DNA from: a virus
Lineage: Duplodnaviria; Caudoviricetes
Length of the DNA stretch: 54,855 nucleotides
Virus record (IMG/VR): IMGVR_UViG_3300002144_000245
Coordinates: 1 to 54,855 of that record
Reading direction: 5' to 3' (one strand)
Shown: one piece after another, positions 37,074-47,132 of the stretch
Position numbering within the stretch: the stretch's first letter is position 1
How the letters are laid out: the number at the start of each line of letters is the position of its first letter
Made by a program: the position numbers and the translations under genes
The notes under the pieces: generated by a model
Databases searched by the model: none
The model's input: the letters and a program-made list of their open reading frames with translations, nothing else
Told to the model about the DNA's origin: nothing

Positions 37074-39151
37074 TATCTAACCACTTTAAAATAGAAATTA
37101 TCATCATAATATTTTGTAGTTCCAGTTAGGTCTACTCTAAATATAAATTTATAGAATCGTTCTGGTTGTAATCCATTGAACCAAAAATTAAAATAGTTAG
37201 ATGTTGAGTCACAACTTATTTTGGTGTACGATGTATCAAATGGTATAATCACTTGTTCGGTTTCAGCATCAACTACCGAATAATATGAGGTAGTTGGAAG
37301 ATAGTTTACATCTTTAATTAAATTCGATACGAATGTTCTTGCCGGATATCGGTTTCTTCCAAAAACACGAACTCGGGCTTTAGAAGTTTCTTTATATTCA
37401 GTAGCAAGATTTTTAACATATAAGATAATATCATCTGATGCTATTGGGGTAAGCGACCCAGTACTCCATGACGTGTCATCCCATCGAATCTCAAGTGTTG
37501 GTGGGTAGATTGTATGAGTGTCTGATGAGAAAAACTTAATTGAGCCGAATTTGGTGTTTGATAACTCATCTTCATTTGATTTTTTTACAATAAACCCATT
37601 ATTAAGACGAGTGTCATTTAACCATTCATTTACATAATCAGTTACCTCTACGTTTAAGTTATTGGTATATTTTGTGAATGGCTGATAATAATGGTTACCA
37701 CTTGTGAATGATGAAGTATACCAAGTACCACCACCAGTATTTGTTACCCAACGTGCGTCATATTTGTAGTCGTTATATAGTGCCGAATTTTTTTCATGGT
37801 CGGTTGATTCTAATTTAAAATTATCAAATGACCCACTATAGTTACCACTACCACTTCCAAAAAATGACCATCTAAATAAATATTCACCCTCTTCTCTAGC
37901 TTGGAAATTTATTGTTTGTGATTGACTTGATGTAATATATTGGGTATATCCATTTAGGTCAGTAGTATCCACCATTCTACCAGTCGGAGTTTGTATTGTA
38001 AATGAAATGCCAAGCGGAGACCCATACGCATCTAATGATGGGTAGTTTCCTGAGTCTAAATCAAAACTAGCGGTATAGTGTTTATTTTCTTGTAGTATGT
38101 GTTTTCTATTTAACGTAGCACCAGAAAAGTTTGATGATGTTAATACTAATTCATAGTTTTTCGTTTCAGCAGAGCCCGAAACTCCATCTATATTTGAGAT
38201 ACCTTCATTTATAAAATAGGTATTTGGTAAACTTGATAAGTTTGATGAAAATTGGTCATATACAAGTGTAGTCTCACCAACTACTGAATATAAGTAAAAA
38301 TTATCAATAGACCCGGCTGAACCATTTGTTCCATTGTTATCAAAGAATGTAAATTGTAATTTATGTACACCTGTGAAACTTGATGTGAATGCCATCTTGT
38401 AAGTGGCTGTACTTACTAATGATTCTTGAAAGTTTACGATAAGGTCATTCATTAGATACCCATCAGGATTAACAACATTAAAGTCAACACCTGATAAACT
38501 TCCTCTATTGAAATCAAATTCAACATTGTATATCTCACCATTTTGTAATGAAGCGGATAAATTTGCGGTACCACCACCATAGTTAGATGCTGATAAGATT
38601 AATTTACCATCTGATACTGATAACGATGGTGACTCACCACGTGTACCTTTAATTTGTTCTACTAATTCAAACCCACCTACTGACGCTGCAAAGTCATAAT
38701 ATGCATCTAACGATGGAATTGAATCGGGATTCAATGGTTTACCTTCTGTTGAATTTACAGTATCCCATGTATCGTTTGATATATTTCTATATACCCAACT
38801 TACATCATTTGTATTATGTGGTGTATTTGATTCAGACCCAACTCCCTCAGTCCAAGACTCTTTTAATGGAAACACATATAAATCATAATCTGATTGTATT
38901 TCGCTATTCTCAACATTCTCCAATCTCAAACGATATTGTGGTGATGTAATATCCCCATTGACAATTGATTGTGATATTGAAGTAATATCAAATTCAATAA
39001 CCGCTCTACTGTTTCCTAATAAGGTAGTATTATCAGTAACATCATAAAACTTACCAACTTCAAGGATTTCATCCTTGCCAGTATTTTGCATCCTACGAGA
39101 TGTATCTTCGTAAATGGTTGCGTCTTTTTTTGGATATATTCTATAAATCAT
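37073..39151 (-). CDS. Virion structural protein (DNRLRE-like frame with two inserted beta-sandwich repeats)
   Basis: KDATIYE..NTGKDEILEV, SRAVIEFD, VTDYVNEWL..NNGFIVK, FFSSDT..PPTLEIRW. Confidence 0.65.
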   Translation of the reverse strand: MIYRIYPKKDATIYEDTSRRMQNTGKDEILEVGKFYDVTDNTTLLGNSRAVIEFDITSISQSIVNGDITSPQYRLRLENVENSEIQSDYDLYVFPLKESWTEGVGSESNTPHNTNDVSWVYRNISNDTWDTVNSTEGKPLNPDSIPSLDAYYDFAASVGGFELVEQIKGTRGESPSLSVSDGKLILSASNYGGGTANLSASLQNGEIYNVEFDFNRGSLSGVDFNVVNPDGYLMNDLIVNFQESLVSTATYKMAFTSSFTGVHKLQFTFFDNNGTNGSAGSIDNFYLYSVVGETTLVYDQFSSNLSSLPNTYFINEGISNIDGVSGSAETKNYELVLTSSNFSGATLNRKHILQENKHYTASFDLDSGNYPSLDAYGSPLGISFTIQTPTGRMVDTTDLNGYTQYITSSQSQTINFQAREEGEYLFRWSFFGSGSGNYSGSFDNFKLESTDHEKNSALYNDYKYDARWVTNTGGGTWYTSSFTSGNHYYQPFTKYTNNLNVEVTDYVNEWLNDTRLNNGFIVKKSNEDELSNTKFGSIKFFSSDTHTIYPPTLEIRWDDTSWSTGSLTPIASDDIILYVKNLATEYKETSKARVRVFGRNRYPARTFVSNLIKDVNYLPTTSYYSVVDAETEQVIIPFDTSYTKISCDSTSNYFNFWFNGLQPERFYKFIFRVDLTGTTKYYDDNFYFKVVR

Positions 39152-39160
39152 TGTTACCTC

Positions 39161-41074
39161 TTAAAATAATGATACTACTCTACCTCTGATATCAGTATCA
39201 GGATATTTTACTTCAAAAATAGTTGGGTCTTTTGGTGGGTATACGATACCATCACGAGTTGCGCCAACAATATTATATTTATTTGATGAATAGTTACCAC
39301 TATGCTTGTTTATAATATGTAACCCACCTTCACCATTTGAATCAGGACGAACTACACTTTGAACGCCAGCTACACCATCTAACATAATATAAATATCCGT
39401 TAATGTAATAGGTCGGTTGATTTGCATTCTATCATTCTTGAAGTACTCTTTTAATACGTTAATACATTTTAAAAGAACCTCATTTGAGTTATAGTTTGGA
39501 AGTACGATGATTTCAAAATCAACTCCAATGTTAACAATGTATGCATTTTTTATATTTACAGCATCTGTTAAAACTCGATAGTATGACAAATAATTTTGTA
39601 GATTTTGTTTTGTAGCATTGTTTAGATTTTGGAACTTACCATCACTATCATAGCCTGCAACATAGAAATTAATAGCCAATTGGTTTGGAGTGGCATCAAT
39701 ACCATCATCTAATAAAGTTTTGATTTGCCAATCTGGAGCAGCATATGCTTTAGCAACCGAACCAAATTGTGGTGGAAGTGCGTATGCTCTTAGTAAGTAA
39801 TCTTCTTTAGTTACTGCTCTATTTTGTGCTCTGAAGTAAGCCATTGCATTGTTGCGAACCTCGTCAATTTCCTCTTCATATTTAGCGCCACCAGCAGCTG
39901 TTTCATTTGTTACAGCAATTGAATTTACTACAACATTATACACACTGGTTACTAAATTTAAAGAAGGATTCTCTATAACTCGTTCAACTATAGTTGTTAA
40001 ATCTTGTGATGTTACATTATCAATAACACCATTACCAACACGATACGTAACAGTCAATGTGGTGTTAGATGGTGCGACTCCATATGTTTTTGAATACATA
40101 AAGTTTGATGGGTCGATACCTTGGTCAAGGTCAGCTCTATTTCCATATAAAGCGTCACCAACATTTGTTGGGTTTGGTAGAATTTCTTCATCAGAGTTCT
40201 GAGATATCCCAGCCCCAAACTGAATATCGATTTTACCTTCATCAGAAACTCGTGTTATAAATCTCTTTGGAACTCTTTTTAGTTTTAGTAATGATGGGGT
40301 CTCATTTGCATATGCCGCCATTGCTAAAGAGTAGTCAGTTGTATTTGGTAATTCCTCAAACACAGTATCTTGTGCAAGGTAATCTACTTTAGTCCAGACA
40401 TCACCATCGTCATCTGTAATTGAAATAACATCAATCAACCCATCAACATCTTCCAATCGAATCTTGTCATATGGCTTTGGTGTTGTAAATGTGAATGTTT
40501 GTGTTTTTTGTTTACCACTAACAGCTTTAACTTGCTTTTTTAGTAAGTAATATACAGGCTCATTTGTATCTGGGTCTATTTCATATACACTAATATCAGT
40601 TGGGTCAAATGATGATGAATATGCGAATCTTACTTTATTGATTGTTGAGAACTCAACATTGGTATTTGATACAGCACTTGCAATCATACCTTCTTTTATG
40701 GTGAGCGCATAATCCCAATTAGGACTAACGTCGTCGCCAAATCCCTTTGATGGTATGATTTGGTACATCGTTAAGTTTGTTGTAGCGGGAACAAATAATT
40801 TCGGTTTGTATCCAAGCGATTGTGCGATTGTAAATACATTTGACTTCTCTTGTGCTTGCTCAAGAATTGATTCTCTTAATTGAACATCTGTATAATAGGA
40901 AAGTACATCACCTACATACGATGCCATTTCCATAAACATCATCCCCGGAGATGATTCGTTAAAATCATTGAAGGTTTGTGGAAAATAGTTTTTTGTAAAA
41001 TCAATAAGATTTTGGCGGATATCCCCAAAATCCTTCCCTATTAGATTTACATTTTTTTTAACTTTGTCTGCCAT
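39161..41074 (-). CDS. Baseplate wedge protein, T4 gp6-like
   Basis: KDFGDIRQNLI, DFNESSPG, YVGDVLSYY, AQSLGYKP, IQFGAG, QNRAVTKEDY. Confidence 0.9.
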   Translation of the reverse strand: MADKVKKNVNLIGKDFGDIRQNLIDFTKNYFPQTFNDFNESSPGMMFMEMASYVGDVLSYYTDVQLRESILEQAQEKSNVFTIAQSLGYKPKLFVPATTNLTMYQIIPSKGFGDDVSPNWDYALTIKEGMIASAVSNTNVEFSTINKVRFAYSSSFDPTDISVYEIDPDTNEPVYYLLKKQVKAVSGKQKTQTFTFTTPKPYDKIRLEDVDGLIDVISITDDDGDVWTKVDYLAQDTVFEELPNTTDYSLAMAAYANETPSLLKLKRVPKRFITRVSDEGKIDIQFGAGISQNSDEEILPNPTNVGDALYGNRADLDQGIDPSNFMYSKTYGVAPSNTTLTVTYRVGNGVIDNVTSQDLTTIVERVIENPSLNLVTSVYNVVVNSIAVTNETAAGGAKYEEEIDEVRNNAMAYFRAQNRAVTKEDYLLRAYALPPQFGSVAKAYAAPDWQIKTLLDDGIDATPNQLAINFYVAGYDSDGKFQNLNNATKQNLQNYLSYYRVLTDAVNIKNAYIVNIGVDFEIIVLPNYNSNEVLLKCINVLKEYFKNDRMQINRPITLTDIYIMLDGVAGVQSVVRPDSNGEGGLHIINKHSGNYSSNKYNIVGATRDGIVYPPKDPTIFEVKYPDTDIRGRVVSLF

Positions 41075-41083
41075 TATTATCCC

Positions 41084-41518
41084 TTATACGATAGATACGT
41101 TTCCTTGTTCGGTTATCTTAATAACTATAGGAGTGTTTGCACCATTCTCCGTAACCTGAACAGATAATGTTATATTGATTCTATTATAGTCATCTTCTTG
41201 GTTAACTGTCAGTTCATTGATAATGATATATGGTAACCAAAACCTAATATCATTTGTTAAAGTTTCTTTTAATTTGTTAGATGTACCAAGGTCCATTTGT
41301 TCAAATAATAAAGAATATATATCCGTACCAAATAAAGGTTGAAATGGTCGTTCTCCCTTTCTTGTCAATAGTAGATTTTTTAAATTTGAAATAGCTTGCT
41401 CTTCTGTTGTATATGATAATTTAAACATTGGAGAACCACCCAATGGTAACATAACACCAATTGCTACATTTCTTTTAAGGTCTAACGGATGTATTTTATA
41501 TTCTTTTCTTTGAGCCAT
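41084..41518 (-). CDS. Baseplate wedge subunit, gp25-like
   Basis: NLKNLLLTRKGERPFQPLFGTDI..LLFE, WLPYI. Confidence 0.9.
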   Translation of the reverse strand: MAQRKEYKIHPLDLKRNVAIGVMLPLGGSPMFKLSYTTEEQAISNLKNLLLTRKGERPFQPLFGTDIYSLLFEQMDLGTSNKLKETLTNDIRFWLPYIIINELTVNQEDDYNRINITLSVQVTENGANTPIVIKITEQGNVSIV

Positions 41519-42003
41519 TATTTACCTTTCTTCGCATTGATGGTTTTCATCAATGAAGAATAGTCTCTTGTTAGTGCGTTTACTACAGCAGTACCAGCCT
41601 CAGTTTGTTGTAATTGTTCTATCGGTAAAGATTTACCATCTATACTTTGTAAAGTATTTGGCTGTTGGCCAACAGAACCGCCCCATGCAGCAGCAGCGTT
41701 GGTTCCAAACGAACCACCATTACCATTAATACTTCTCCACTCACCTCTATCAGCAGTTTCATTTAAAAGGTCTGCGAATCCAGTTGATTTAAAAACTTGT
41801 TTTTTAGGTAATTTGGTTTGCTCAAAAATATGGTCAATATCCAATGGGTCTTTTTCAACTTGAGTTGGTTGAGATTTGGCGGATGCTGATTTAATCTCTT
41901 TAAGGATAGATTCACGAATGGCTTTCTTTTGTTTTACCATTTCTTTCTTAATCTCTTCCTTAACGATAATTTGAATAGCTTTTATTATTTTAGTCGTGTC
42001 CAT
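41518..42003 (-). CDS. Hypothetical protein
   Basis: 161-aa ORF coupled to gp25; IVKEE/ILKE/LLNE sites. Confidence 0.65.
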   Translation of the reverse strand: MDTTKIIKAIQIIVKEEIKKEMVKQKKAIRESILKEIKSASAKSQPTQVEKDPLDIDHIFEQTKLPKKQVFKSTGFADLLNETADRGEWRSINGNGGSFGTNAAAAWGGSVGQQPNTLQSIDGKSLPIEQLQQTEAGTAVVNALTRDYSSLMKTINAKKGK

Positions 42004-42027
42004 AGTAATAAATATGTTTATATATAA

Positions 42028-43041
42028 TTATTGTTTCATTAATGTTAACTGAGTTTTTACCTGAGTTATCGTAGATAATAGTTGAGGTCCTGCCGTAGTA
42101 AGACTTGCAACTGGAACAGTTGCTACAGTAGCTGCGGTTATGGCAGGTGCTAATTGTAATAGTGCATCAGTTATCGATTCCAACTGACTGAATATCACAT
42201 CCATATCAGCTTTCCAATTTGTAGTTGATACATTTACTGATTTCTTACCGCTAATAAGTACTGAGTCTGTTTTTGAGTTTAATACAATTCTATCAGAGTT
42301 TAATATTATCTGAGGTTTATTGTATTGAGATGCTGGAGTTACACCTAATGTAAATTTGTTGGATGAGGTAAGACCTATCTTCTGAGTAGACCCTAACCAT
42401 ATGGATGCCTCATCTTTATTAATGTCTTCAATTACAATCTTATTGTATCCAGCAGAATCTCCAGCGCCATTTCTAATTATTGTAATTGGTGACTGAGGTG
42501 TGGTTGAGGTCCAAGATGGTTCCTTTGATGATGGCGATACTTTATTATCACCTGATGTAGTACCTTGTGGTGTATATCCAAATCTAATGGATTGACCAAA
42601 CCTACCCTCAAATATAACATCACCAAGAAAAGGTTGAATTTGAGATATAGAGGGTGACTCATCAAACCCAATACCAAAGTTTACAGAGCTATCGCCCGCA
42701 CTAACAGATGGTACTCCTGCCGATGCTTGGGATATACCACTACTATTTCCATTTGATGATAACTCGGTGAATGCTTGTAATGCGTTATGATTTATGTTTC
42801 GGTGTATACCAATGGGTGTTAGGTAATAATACTTATCACCATTACCGGTACCAGAGGAAGTGTCCGCTGGCCCTTTAACTAAATATACCATTTCGCCAAG
42901 AACTGGTATATTTTTAATATGCATATTTAATGGGGAACACTTAATTAGATTTCGTGACTTCCCAATTACCGATACCCATATTGTATTTACAGCATCGGCT
43001 TCATCGTTTAAATTTATTGATTCAACTACACCGCTAATCAT
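42028..43041 (-). CDS. Baseplate hub/central spike-like protein (gp5-like)
   Basis: N-terminal OB-like PVLGEMV; GDVIFEGRFGQSIRFG; QIILNSDRIVLNSK; next to gp25 and gp6. Confidence 0.6.
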   Translation of the reverse strand: MISGVVESINLNDEADAVNTIWVSVIGKSRNLIKCSPLNMHIKNIPVLGEMVYLVKGPADTSSGTGNGDKYYYLTPIGIHRNINHNALQAFTELSSNGNSSGISQASAGVPSVSAGDSSVNFGIGFDESPSISQIQPFLGDVIFEGRFGQSIRFGYTPQGTTSGDNKVSPSSKEPSWTSTTPQSPITIIRNGAGDSAGYNKIVIEDINKDEASIWLGSTQKIGLTSSNKFTLGVTPASQYNKPQIILNSDRIVLNSKTDSVLISGKKSVNVSTTNWKADMDVIFSQLESITDALLQLAPAITAATVATVPVASLTTAGPQLLSTITQVKTQLTLMKQ

Positions 43042-43397
43042 TCATCGTCTCCATCTTTGGGTAGGTCTTTTTCAACCTCATCAATAGCATCCATTAATTG
43101 ACGTTTTTCGTCTTCTGATAATACAAATCCACCTGATTCTGCTGAAGCGTTATCTTTCATCATTCTCTGAACAATAGCCGCAAGTTTGATTAGTGCGTCA
43201 TCATTTCTAACTGAAATGTCCAAATACTCTTTGATAAGTGGAACTACAGCAGCAGCTTGGTCTATAGTTTTTACCATAGGCTCAAGCTGCGCAATCAATA
43301 ATTTAATTTGTCGGTCTTTCTTTTTTTGATTAGAATAGATGTCCGACATTAAATCAGAGAACGATTTACCTTTAAATATTTCTTCGTCTTTGGTCAT
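43038..43397 (-). CDS. Hypothetical helical protein
   Basis: 119-aa ORF with AGGAG RBS, overlapping both neighbours. Confidence 0.65.
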   Translation of the reverse strand: MTKDEEIFKGKSFSDLMSDIYSNQKKKDRQIKLLIAQLEPMVKTIDQAAAVVPLIKEYLDISVRNDDALIKLAAIVQRMMKDNASAESGGFVLSEDEKRQLMDAIDEVEKDLPKDGDDE

Positions 43398-44116
43398 TTA
43401 AACTCCTGTAATCGATGCGTTATAGATAATGATGTGCTATTACAATAGTCCGTATACAAGTTACCATATATTATTTTCATACGATTAACAACTTTTGTTA
43501 TGTATTGTGTCTGAACTCCAGTTCGTTCTCTAATAAGTATATAGAGAGCTTTTTTGTTGTATGAATATAAATTGTTTCGTGTTCTGAATATTTCAGTTAA
43601 AGCATCTGCTATTTTTCTATCACGGTCTTTATCAAACAAATCAAATATATTATAATCTAAATATGTTACGAAATAGTCCATGAAGTCTTTTTGCATTTCA
43701 TAGTGTTTCTCATCCCAAATTTCATTTGTAATATTTCGTTGTAGGTCAATCTTATCAGTATCATCACGTGTTTTCATACGAGCGTAATTGGCGTTATTTT
43801 CATTGAATAACCAATTTCGTGCGATAACTGTAAAGTATGAGAATGCTCTTCCGTTCTCACCTTTAAACTTGTGAATCTTTTCATTTAAGAATGAGACAAC
43901 ATTTGCTTTTACATCCTCATATGGTACATCAAAGTAATACGTCTTATAAGTGTGAATTACATTCTCTGCTAGTTTGTCAAATGGGTAATGAATAAATCGG
44001 TTGTAGATTTTATTCTTTAATCGTGGGTCATCACATCCATTATATGCGTTGATTGCGATTTCCGTTATAGATGTAAAATACCTTTTACTTCGTTTCTTCG
44101 ATTTCGGTCTCCCCAT
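43394..44116 (-). CDS. Phage RNA polymerase sigma factor (late, gp55-like)
   Basis: Region 2-like KIHKFKGENGRAFSYFTVIARNWL; C-terminal HTH-like segment. Confidence 0.7.
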   Translation of the reverse strand: MGRPKSKKRSKRYFTSITEIAINAYNGCDDPRLKNKIYNRFIHYPFDKLAENVIHTYKTYYFDVPYEDVKANVVSFLNEKIHKFKGENGRAFSYFTVIARNWLFNENNANYARMKTRDDTDKIDLQRNITNEIWDEKHYEMQKDFMDYFVTYLDYNIFDLFDKDRDRKIADALTEIFRTRNNLYSYNKKALYILIRERTGVQTQYITKVVNRMKIIYGNLYTDYCNSTSLSITHRLQEFK

Positions 44117-44375
44117 AATATTTCTCTAAATTTGATATAATTTCATACATTTGTTTAAAAACTTCACCAGTTTCGTCGTCAGCTTCAAATGAACCAATTC
44201 GGTCAATGTCTTTCATACGAGTCATAGCGGTATCTACCCTTGAAGCAGTATCTCCTATAATCTGTTCTTGTTCTAAAATAACATCTTCAAATGCTTCAAT
44301 TTTACGAAGAAGATTATATGTTGTGTATCCTAATATCAATGTTACAACTGATAATATTACTATAGTTAGTATCAT
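44085..44375 (-). CDS. Small membrane protein
   Basis: N-terminal TM helix plus coiled coil; GAGG RBS. Confidence 0.6.
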   Translation of the reverse strand: MILTIVILSVVTLILGYTTYNLLRKIEAFEDVILEQEQIIGDTASRVDTAMTRMKDIDRIGSFEADDETGEVFKQMYEIISNLEKYYGETEIEETK

Positions 44376-44377
44376 AA

Positions 44378-45154
44378 TTAATCCTCTACAATATCTTTAA
44401 ATGCGTCAAACACATTTGGAGCAGCCCCATTACGTTCAAACGCATCTGCTAATTTAGCTTTAGTATCAGGTCTACCATTTGGGTTACGAGTTGACTTTAC
44501 AGGGGTTAACTGAGTCATCCATCGTTCGTTTTCAAATCGTGCCGCAAATAAGTCCGCTGTGTGCATTACAAATGGTATGGATGTTTTTAATGCATCATCC
44601 TTGTTATACTTAATGAAATACTCTTTATTGTTTTCATCATACAACCCATCAGTAAGTTTAATACCAATCCATTCTTCTTGAGTACATTGAATACCAAAGT
44701 AATTTAATAGATAGAACGTTCTGTCGTTTAGATTCATCCAATGAATTTTAGGATTGGTCTTGTAAATTTTACCCTGATTCTTTACGTGCCAATCCGAATC
44801 GTTCTTAATATAGTAATCTAATTCAGGCGTACCCAACTTACCAAGGTCGTGGTGAAGTGCTGTGAATATTAAACTCTCTATACTATAATCACCAACTCCA
44901 CCTAATTCAGAGTACAGGTCATATACTTTAAGAGCGTTATGAGTTACACGAAGTACGTGGTCAACGTATCCACCTGGAAACGCATTGTGATAGTGTTCAA
45001 CAGATGAGGCTGGTGTATAAATTATACGTTCCTCAAAATGGTCGTACATTTTGTTTAGAGAGTCAAGCCGTTCGCCTGTAAAAGTTTCGTTGATTAACTT
45101 ACGAAACTTTTCATAGTTTTCTAAAAGTTCTTCAGCAGTAAAGAAATTTTCCAT
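44378..45154 (-). CDS. HD-domain phosphohydrolase (YhaM-like)
   Basis: PAS..HYHNAFPGGYVDH, ALHHDLGK, HTADL. Confidence 0.85.
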   Translation of the reverse strand: MENFFTAEELLENYEKFRKLINETFTGERLDSLNKMYDHFEERIIYTPASSVEHYHNAFPGGYVDHVLRVTHNALKVYDLYSELGGVGDYSIESLIFTALHHDLGKLGTPELDYYIKNDSDWHVKNQGKIYKTNPKIHWMNLNDRTFYLLNYFGIQCTQEEWIGIKLTDGLYDENNKEYFIKYNKDDALKTSIPFVMHTADLFAARFENERWMTQLTPVKSTRNPNGRPDTKAKLADAFERNGAAPNVFDAFKDIVED

Positions 45155-45165
45155 TTTATATTATT

Positions 45166-45795
45166 TTAAATTATTTTATCGATTAGTCCCAACTCAAGGG
45201 CTTTTTCAGCTGACATGAAATAATCAGATGACGAGATACTTTCCCAATACGCTTTATCCATTTTAGAATTGTCAGCCATTAATTGATTACAGTCGTGTTC
45301 TAACTCTTCAGAGAATTTTGCGTTTGATTTTACATCACTCAATTTACCCACAACAATGGTCGACATCTGATGTACCATAATTTTGGAATGTTTACTTGCG
45401 GCTCTCGTTCCAGTACCACACGTTAATAATAAAGCAGCAGCGGACATAGCCATCCCACGTACAATGATATTAAATTTAATACCTTGTTCTTCTTGCGACT
45501 TCATAAAGTCAATCAAACCAAGACATTCAATCACATCCCCCCCCGGTGAGTTAAGAAGGATATTAATATGGTCAATATTACCATTAATTTTTTTGAGTAA
45601 TCTGACTTTAGCTATAACATCAAATATAAGACCCGATTCAATTTCATCTTGAATTAAAATTACGTTATCAGTAGTGTCAATTCCATAATCAAATTCACGA
45701 TAATATTTACGATGAATATCTTCAAGGTGTTCATTATCTTCTTGTTCGTAATTTACCCCTATAGTACCAGTGGTAGTTGTGTATAGCTCATCCAT
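45166..45795 (-). CDS. clpP: ClpP-family protease subunit
   Basis: LNSPGG, GMAMSAAALL (Ser), MVHQ (His), DYFMSAEKALELGLIDKI (Asp). Confidence 0.92.
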   Translation of the reverse strand: MDELYTTTTGTIGVNYEQEDNEHLEDIHRKYYREFDYGIDTTDNVILIQDEIESGLIFDVIAKVRLLKKINGNIDHINILLNSPGGDVIECLGLIDFMKSQEEQGIKFNIIVRGMAMSAAALLLTCGTGTRAASKHSKIMVHQMSTIVVGKLSDVKSNAKFSEELEHDCNQLMADNSKMDKAYWESISSSDYFMSAEKALELGLIDKII

Positions 45796-45823
45796 ATTGT
45801 TTATAATTCTTTATTATTTAAAT

Positions 45824-45855
45824 CAAATATACGAAAAATAATTCAAATATCCAAA
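45824..45855 (-). promoter_or_regulatory. Bacteroidota sigmaA-type promoter TTTG-N20-TATATTTG upstream of clpP
   Basis: Exact match to the established -33 TTTG / -7 TAnnTTTG consensus with a 20-nt spacer. Confidence 0.8.
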
Positions 45856-45859
45856 TTTA

Positions 45860-47002
45860 TTAACTTCTTTTTAGTACATCCGTGTAGGTATGTTTTTGTT
45901 TACGTTTCTCTCCATATAACAATCTAGCAGCATCTTCATCAGTTGGGATAAATGTTATTTTTTCTTTTTTTGGAGTTTCTTTTTTTGGAGCTTCTGTTTG
46001 AGGGCTAACTTCCTTGCTGTCAGTCGATTTAGTTTGTTTTTCATTTGCCGTTCCGACCTCTCCCAACTCGACTTGGAGTTTAGATACTTTTCGTTTAGTC
46101 GTTTCATTATTGGTATCCCAATCAGAAACCCCATGGCCGCTATCGTTACCATTAGTGTTATTAATGTCAAAATTAAGTCTGAGTTCATCATCTTCCTTTT
46201 TAGTTTTAGTTGTTAATTTATTTAATGCAATTACCATTGAAAGTGCCAATGGGTCAAATACGAATACAATTAAAAGGGTGAACCAATTTACAATAGTATT
46301 CATAGGTTTGCCGGTTATTTCCGACATATAACGAAGCGGCCCTACTTCAGCGGCTACTTCGTTATTAGTTTCCAAGTCTAAAACTTGAAGTTCTAATTTT
46401 GTGATTGAATCGGTTAGTGATTCTATTTTTATTGATATAACATCCCGTTGACTTACAGCCGATGATACTTGACTCTCAAGCGACTTCCGTTGTGATGATG
46501 ACGTGGTGGTAATCAGATTACCTTTAGTGTCTGTATACTGAACTTTGTTATTGGATAACCCATTACGAAGTGATGTTATAGATTCAGTTAATTTACTTTT
46601 CTCATCATTATAATAAGTTAGTTGTTCTTCAAATCTACCTTTTTTTAATTCAATGACCTCAGTTTGTTTTGAAACAACCCCCAATTTGTCAGCGGTGGTT
46701 TGATATGCTGATGTCAAAAATCCATAGATACCGGCTGATGTAATTACCATAAGGACCGCCACTGCCATAGTTAAATACCACTTCATCCACCCAGCTTTAT
46801 TCCAGTGGTTGTGTAAATACGAAGCAATAATAAGTTTGGAAAATTCCAAAGCACCTGCCATTATGATAACTTCATTTCTGGCTCCAGCAAATAGTGAGCT
46901 TAATCCAATCACCGAATAATAAGCAGCAGAACCTGCTAATGCAAGGGTGCTAATAATCATCAGTAAAATAAATCCATTTTGTTTGTTGATAAGTTTTTTC
47001 AT
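45860..47002 (-). CDS. Multi-pass membrane protein with a coiled coil
   Basis: Three N-terminal TM helices, a long coiled coil, a further TM (IVFVFDPLAL) and a charged tail. Confidence 0.7.
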   Translation of the reverse strand: MKKLINKQNGFILLMIISTLALAGSAAYYSVIGLSSLFAGARNEVIIMAGALEFSKLIIASYLHNHWNKAGWMKWYLTMAVAVLMVITSAGIYGFLTSAYQTTADKLGVVSKQTEVIELKKGRFEEQLTYYNDEKSKLTESITSLRNGLSNNKVQYTDTKGNLITTTSSSQRKSLESQVSSAVSQRDVISIKIESLTDSITKLELQVLDLETNNEVAAEVGPLRYMSEITGKPMNTIVNWFTLLIVFVFDPLALSMVIALNKLTTKTKKEDDELRLNFDINNTNGNDSGHGVSDWDTNNETTKRKVSKLQVELGEVGTANEKQTKSTDSKEVSPQTEAPKKETPKKEKITFIPTDEDAARLLYGEKRKQKHTYTDVLKRS

Positions 47003-47132
47003 TTTTCTCCGTTATTCTTACGTTTATTAACTTCTGGAATTGTACTTATATAAACAAAGTTTAAATCTAAAGCTTTAAGCAAGTAAGCAACTTGTTAAGA
47101 ATAAATATCAAGCAAACTTATTATTAATAATA

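Noticed and set aside
43038-43397. Terminase small subunit call for the 119-aa helical ORF
   Set aside because: Size and helicity fit, but it is far from terL and I recognise no diagnostic motif
47003-47132. 130-bp intergenic region with aagcaa repeats and a weak hairpin as an ncRNA or origin
   Set aside because: Repeats are short and AT-rich and the hairpin is weak; only the promoter-like motif at 47100 is supportable
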